Shown here piece after piece: positions 57,765-64,000 of a stretch of 64,000 nucleotides of DNA; positions within the stretch are counted from its first letter, which is position 1; every line of letters starts with the position of its first letter. The notes under the pieces are model-generated. The model saw only the letters and a program-made list of their open reading frames with translations. It did not search any database and was not told the origin of the DNA. Source of the stretch: Macrostomum lignano. Taxonomy: Eukaryota. The stretch covers positions 24,883 through 88,882 of the forward strand of contig NIVC01003225.1 in NCBI GenBank assembly GCA_002269645.1, written 5' to 3'. The translations under genes were made by a program, and so were the position numbers.

Positions 57765-58600
57765 GACAGCAAGCATCCCCCAGATAGCAAGCATCCTCCA
57801 GATTGCAAGCAACCCCCGGATAGCAAGCATCCCCCAGATAGCAAGCATCCCCCAGATTGCAAGCATCCCCTAGATAGCAACCATCCCCCAGATAGCAAGC
57901 ATCCCCCAGATAGCAAGCATCCCTCAGATAGCAAGCATCCCCCAGATAGCAAGCATCCCCAAGATAGCAAGCATCCCCCAGATAGCAAGCATCCCCCAGA
58001 TAGCAAGCATCCTCCAGATTGCAAGCAACCCCCGGATAGCAAGCATCCCCCAGATAGCAAGCATCCCTCAGATAGCAAGCATCCCTCAGATAGCAAGCAT
58101 CCCCCAGATAGCAAGCATCCCCAAGATAGCAAGCATCCCCCAGATAGCAAGCATCCCCAGATTGCAAGCATCCCCCAGATAACAAGCATCCCCCAGATAG
58201 CAAGCATCCCCCAGATAGCAAGCATCCCCTAGATAGCAACCATCCCCCAGATAGCAAGCATCCCCAGATAGCAAGCATCCCTCAGATAGCAAGCATCCCC
58301 CAGATAGCAAGCATCCCCCAGATAGCAAGCATCCCCCAGATAGCAAGCATCCCCAGATAACAAGCATCCCCCAGATAGCAAGCATCCCCCAGATAGCAAG
58401 CATCCCCAGATAGCAAGTATCCCCAAGATAGCAAGCATCCCCCAGATAGCAAGCATCCCCCAGATAGCAAGCATCCCTCAGATAGCAAGCATCCCCCAGA
58501 TAGCAAGCATCCCCAGATAGCAAGCATCCCCCAGATAGCAAGCATCCCCCAGATAGCAAGCATCCCCTACATAGATAGCATCCCCAAATAGCAAGCATCC
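57765..58600. repeat. 17-18-bp satellite (GATAGCAAGCATCCCCCA)n
   Basis: Direct inspection. Confidence 0.95.
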
Positions 58601-58689
58601 ACCAGACAATAAGTAGCTAGTGCGACAATTTCCTTAGCATTATAGTGGCTCCTTTAATATTCGCTTACTTTTACGTTTGAAATTGTGTA

Positions 58690-61290
58690 AATTTTATGTT
58701 TGACATGGTGGCTCTTTTATGTTCTACATGGCAACTCTTTTATGTTCTACATGGCAACTCTTTTATGTTTGAAACGATGGCTTTTTAATGTCTGACATGG
58801 TGGCTCTTTTATGTTTGACATGGTGGCTCTTTTATGTTTGACATGGTGGCTCTTTATTGTTTGACATGGTGGCTCTTTAATGTTTAACCTGGTGGCTCTT
58901 TTATGTTTGACACAGTGGCCCTTTAATGTTCGACAAAGTGGATATTTAATGTTTGACAAGGTGGCTTTTAAATGTTTGACATGGTGGCTCCTTAATGTTC
59001 GAAATGGTGGCTCTTTAATGTATGACATAAAGACACATATATAATTGACATGGTGGCTCTTAAATGTTTGACATGGTGGCTCTTTATTGTTTGACATAGT
59101 GGCTCTTTAATGATCGACAAAGTGGCTCTTTAATGTTCTTCATGGTATAGCTCTTTTATGTTCGACATGGTGGCTCTTAAATGTTTGACATGGTGGCTCT
59201 TTAATGTTAGAAATGGTGGCTCTTTTGTTTGACATGGTGGCTCTTTAATATTCTACATTGTGGCTCTTAAGTGTTCGAAATGGTGGATCTTTTAGGTTTG
59301 ACATGATGGCTGTTTAATGTTTGACATGGTAGCTCTTTTATGTTGACATGGTAGCTCTTTTAGGTTTGACATGGTGGCTGTTTAATGTTCAGTATGATGG
59401 CTCTTTAATGTTCAACATAGTGGCTCTTTAATATTCTACATGGTGGCTCTTTTATGTTTAACATGGTGGCTCTTTTGTTTTACATGGTGGCTCTTTAATG
59501 TTTGACATAAAGTCACTTATATGTTCGAAATGGTGGCTCTTTAATATTTTACATTGTGGCTCTTAAGTGTTCGACATGGTGGCTCTTTTAGGTTTGACAT
59601 GGTGGCTCTTTTATATTCTACATTTTGGCTCTTAAATTTTCGACATGGTGGCTCTTTTTGTTTGACATGGTGGCTCTTTTATGCTTGATATGGTGGCTCT
59701 TTAATGTTTAACATGGTGACTTTTAATGTTCGACATGGTGGCTCTTTGATATTCGACAGGGTGGCTCTTAAATGTTTATATGGTGGCTCTTTATGTTTGA
59801 CATGTTGGCTCTTTTGTGTTTGACATGGTGGCTCTTTCATGTTTGACATGGTGGCTCTTTTTGTTCGAAATAGTGGCTCTTTTTTGTTCTACATGGTAAC
59901 TCTTTTATATCTGATACGGTGGCTTTTTTAATGTCTGACATGTTGGCTCTTTTATGTTTGACATAGTGGCTCTTTAATGTTCAAAATGGTGGCTCTTTTA
60001 TGTTTGACATGGTGGCTCTTTAATGATTGACATGGTGGCTCTTTTATGTTCGACATGGTGGCTCTTTAATGTTCGAAATGGTGGCTTTTTAATGTTCAAA
60101 AAGTGGCTCTTTAATGTACGACATAATGACTCTTTAATGTTTGACAATGTGGCTTTGAATGTTTGACATGTTGGCTCTTTAATGTTTGACATGGTAGCTC
60201 TGTTATGTTCGACATGGTGGCTCTTTAATATTCTTCATGTTATAGCTCTTTCATGTTTGACATGGTGGCTCTTTAATGTTCGAAATAGTGGCTCTTTAAT
60301 GTTCGAAATGGTGGCTCTTTAATGTTCGACACAAAGTCACATTTATGTTTGACATGGTGCTCCTAAATGTTTGACATGGTGGCTCTTTATGTTTGACATG
60401 TTGGCTCTTTTATGTTTGACATAGTGGCTCTTTGATGTTCGAAATAGTGGCTCTTTTATGGTCGACATGGTGGCTCTTTAACGTTCGAAATGGTGGCTCT
60501 TTAATGTTCGAAATAGTGGCTCTTTATGTTCGAAATGGTGGCTCTTTAATGTTCGAAATGGTGGCTGTTTAATGTTCGAAATGGTGGCTCTTTATGTTTG
60601 ACATAAAGTCACTTATATGTTTTACATGGTGCCTCTTAAATATTAGACATGGTGGCTCGTTTAGGTTTGACATGTTGGCTCTTTAATGTTCGACATGGTG
60701 GCTCTTTAATTTCGAAATGGTGGCTCTTTAATGTACGACATAATGGCTCTTTAATGTTTGACAATGTGGCTTTTGAATGTTTGACATGGTAGCTCTGTTA
60801 TGTTCGACATGGTGGCTCTTTAATGTTCGAAATAGTGGCTCTTTAATGTTCGAAATGGTGGCTCTTTAATGTTTGACACAAAGTCACATTTATGTTTGAC
60901 ATGGTGGCTCCTAAATGTTTGACATGGTGGCTCTTTATGTTTGACATGTTGGCTCTTTTATGTTTGACATGTTGGCTCTTTTATGTTTGACATAGTGGCT
61001 CTTTGATGTTCGAAATAGTGGCTCTTTTATGGTCGACATGGTGGCTCTTTAATGTTCGACATGGTGGCTCTTTAATGTTCGAAATGGTGGCTGTTTAATG
61101 TTCGAAATGGTGGCTCTTTTATGTTGACATAAAGTCACTTATATGTTTTACACGGTGCCTCTTAAATATTAGACATGGTGGCTCGTTTAGGTTTGACATG
61201 GTGGCTCTTTTATGTTTGACATGTTGGCTCTTTAATGTTCGACATGGTGGCTCTTCTATGTTTGACATTGTGCTTCTTTTATGTTTAGCA
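58690..61290. repeat. Diverged 22-23-bp satellite (TGTTTGACATGGTGGCTCTTTWA)n
   Basis: Direct inspection. Confidence 0.93.
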
Positions 61291-61867
61291 GTTTCGTGTT
61301 TTTAAGGTGTTTTAATAAAAAAAATCTTTTTTGCACTACTAAGATTCGAACCCAGGTCGCTACATTAGCATTCCAGTCTGTTCGCAACAGAGCTATCTTT
61401 TTTCATTTGGAAATTGGGGCCCTTATAACTCAATTCTTATAGCAAGTCGGTTAGAGTAAAAAGGTATGACATAATCCATTTCTCAGTCAGCCAGTATCAG
61501 TCCCAATTTAAGTTAGCAATACGGTTACGCAATTTAAATCAAGTCTTGTGTGCATTTCTTCGGCACTGTTTTCAACTTGTTGTGATGCAATCTTTATCAC
61601 AATTGAAATTCAGTCAGTCAGTTTTTTCTCTAGCATTCTTACAATGCATTTCAAGTCAAAAATTTGGCTTGACCTTTGCAAAAAAACATGTTTTTCGAAT
61701 ATTTAATCCCTTTAGAATTGAGAAATTTCTTAGCCAAGATGCATGTACCGTCCCAGGAAAATTTCTGATCGAATGGTGCAAGTTTGAAGAAAATCGGTTG
61801 AGCCATTTTTTCTGAAATCTATCGCATACCTACCTACCCACAGACAACTCATTTTTAGTATATAGGA

Positions 61868-64000
61868 CTAGCCAATTCCAACCCCCGTTGGGGATTTCCG
61901 TCCAAACTCCAATCACAGTTTTCCCACGCAATAAAATTTCACCCCACTGAATCCCACATCCAAAGAATCCCTCATCCAAAAAAATCCCCCATCTATAAAA
62001 TCTCTGATGCAAAGAATCTCACATGCAAAGAATTCCCTATCCAAAGAATCAGCCATCTAAAGAATCTCCATCGATAGAATCCACTCAATTCCCCACTCCA
62101 CACAATCCACACAATCCCCACTAAAGGAATCCTCCTATCTGAAGAATTCCCCATCCAATGAATCGCCATCCATAGAATCTCACATGCAAAGAATCCTATA
62201 TCCAAAGAATCCTCCATTCAAAGAACCACCCATTGATAGAATCCTGATTCGAAGAATCCCCATCCAATGAATTTCCTATCCAAGGAATCCCCCATACACA
62301 GAATCCCCATCCAAAGAATCTCAAATCCATCCCTATCCAAAGAATCCCCCATCCATCCATATCCAAAAGAATCCCAAATCCATCCATATCCAAAAATCCC
62401 CATCCATCCCTATCCAAAAAATCTCATCCATCCATATCCAAAGAATCCCAAATCCATCCCTATCCAATGAATCCCTCATCCATCCATATCCAAAGAATCC
62501 CAAATCCATCCCTATCTAAAGAATCCCCATCCATCCCTATCTAAAGAATCCTCCTATCCATCCCTATCCAGAAAAACCCGGCATCCATTCCTATCTAAAG
62601 AATCCCCCAATCCATCCATATCCAAAGAATCCCCATCTAAATAATCGACATCCAAAAATCCCCATCCACAAAAATCCCCATCTAAATAATCCAAAATTCT
62701 CAAATCCAAATTCCCTTATCTAAAAATCATTGACAAAATAATCCCTGCATCTAAAGAACCCCGTCCAAATAATCCCAATCCAAAGAATCCAAAAAATCCC
62801 CCTCCAGAAAACCCCCCTCTAAAGAATCCACATCCAAATAATCCCCATTAACAGAAACCCCAATCCAAAGAATCCAAAGAACCCCCCATCCAAAGAATCC
62901 AAAGAATCTCCCATCCAAATAGAATCCTTGGCCAAAGAATCCCTCATCTACAAGAACACCCATTCCAAATAACCCCCATCTAAAGAATCCCCTCATGCAA
63001 ATAATCTCCGTCCAAACAATCCAAATCCAATCCAATCCAATCCAAAAGATCCCTTTATCGAAAACCTCTTCATCGAAAGAATCCCCCATCGAAAATTCCC
63101 AATGAATCATTCTTACCAAGCTTGAAATCTCAGTAATTCCCCTCCCCAAGACTTGACATCTCAAAATTACCCTTAAGCCTTGACATCTCAGTAATTCCCC
63201 CCCCCCTAAGACTTGACATCTTAGCATTCTCCCCGTCTCAAGTCTTGACATCTCAGAAATTTCCCCCACGCCTTGACATCTCAGAATTCCCCAGTAAGCC
63301 TTTATATCTCAGTAATTTCCGAAGTAAGTCTTGCCATCTCAGCAATTCCCCTCTGTAAAGACTTGACATCTAAGGAATTCCATTAAGCAATGAAATCTCA
63401 GTAATTCACCCAGTAAAAGTCTTTATATCTCAGTAATTCCCCCAGTAAATCTTGACATCTTAGCAATTTCTCCCAGTCAAAAGCGTTGACATCTCAGCAA
63501 TTCCCCCCCCCCTAAGACTTGACCTCCACAGAATCTTCGTTCAAAGAATCCCTCATCCAAAGAACCCCCCATCCATCCCTATCCAAAACCCCAGATCCAT
63601 CCCTATCCAAGAACCCCCCATCCATCCCTATCCAAAGAATCCCCCATCCACCCCTATCCAAAGAATCCCCCTCTTAAGAATCTCCCATTCAAATAACCCC
63701 ATCAAAAGAATCCTGGCCAAAGAATCCCTCATCTAAAGAACCACCGTCGAAATACTCCCCATCCAAAGAATCCCTCATAAAGAATCCCCCCCCAAATAAT
63801 CTCATATCCAAAGGATCACTCTATAGAAAGAAGCCTTCATCTAAAGAATCCCCCATTCAAAGAACCCTTCATCGAAATAGTAATCCCCCAACAAGGAATT
63901 CCCCAATGAATCACTATCCAAAGATATATATTCAGAAGCACCCTCCCTCATTCAAAGAATCCCCAATCCATAGAATTCCCCCAAAGACATGACATCTCAG
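61868..64000 (-). mobile_element. Helitron H4 3' portion (continues beyond the window) with CCAAAGAATCCCC and CTTGACATCTCAGCAATTCCCC repeats
   Basis: CTAG plus CCCCCGTTGGGG hairpin at 61868-61893; internal repeats shared with H2 and with 12130-12260. Confidence 0.7.

Larger units (their letters stand above)
57621..61867 (-). mobile_element. Non-autonomous Helitron H3 (4,247 bp)
   Basis: Same termini as H2; 5' region about 61440-61867 is homologous to 50830-51315 and 57180-57620. Confidence 0.8.

Noticed and set aside
57577-58598. ORFs with DSKHPP or GDACYL repeats
   Set aside because: Products of the 18-bp satellite.
52420-61290. CRISPR-like appearance of regular short repeats
   Set aside because: No unique spacers, no cas genes, eukaryotic context; these are plain tandem satellites.

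Overview
Eukaryotic (animal-like, standard code) transposon-dense region with almost no host genes. 1-18 kb is a patchwork: PHD-finger+MULE transposase, two RTE-type LINE remnants, a Crypton-like tyrosine recombinase, a CORE-SINE, a Penelope-like fragment with a minimal hammerhead motif, and one TNF/C1q-like ORF. 18.3-64 kb is a nested stack. A truncated Maverick/Polinton (18280-23967) abuts a head-to-tail array of at least four minus-strand non-autonomous Helitrons (23968->64000), each carrying its own satellites. The first Helitron holds a Ty3/Gypsy element (28388-50822; 187-bp LTRs with 1 mismatch, GTCAG TSD). Its RT is split by a full-length 17,884-bp Maverick/adintovirus-like element (30887-48770; AGTAGT termini, ~370-bp TIRs, GACGAC TSD). 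That Maverick encodes pPolB with vOTU, PLA2X-integrase, major and minor capsid, packaging ATPase, adenain protease, putative membrane-active peptides, an HNH nuclease and a ~681-aa fibre-like protein with discoidin and L-lectin-like domains. Its major capsid gene is split by a solo-LTR-like insert. Many frameshifts are single-base losses in homopolymers and may be assembly errors. All family calls come from motif recognition by eye; no database search was run.
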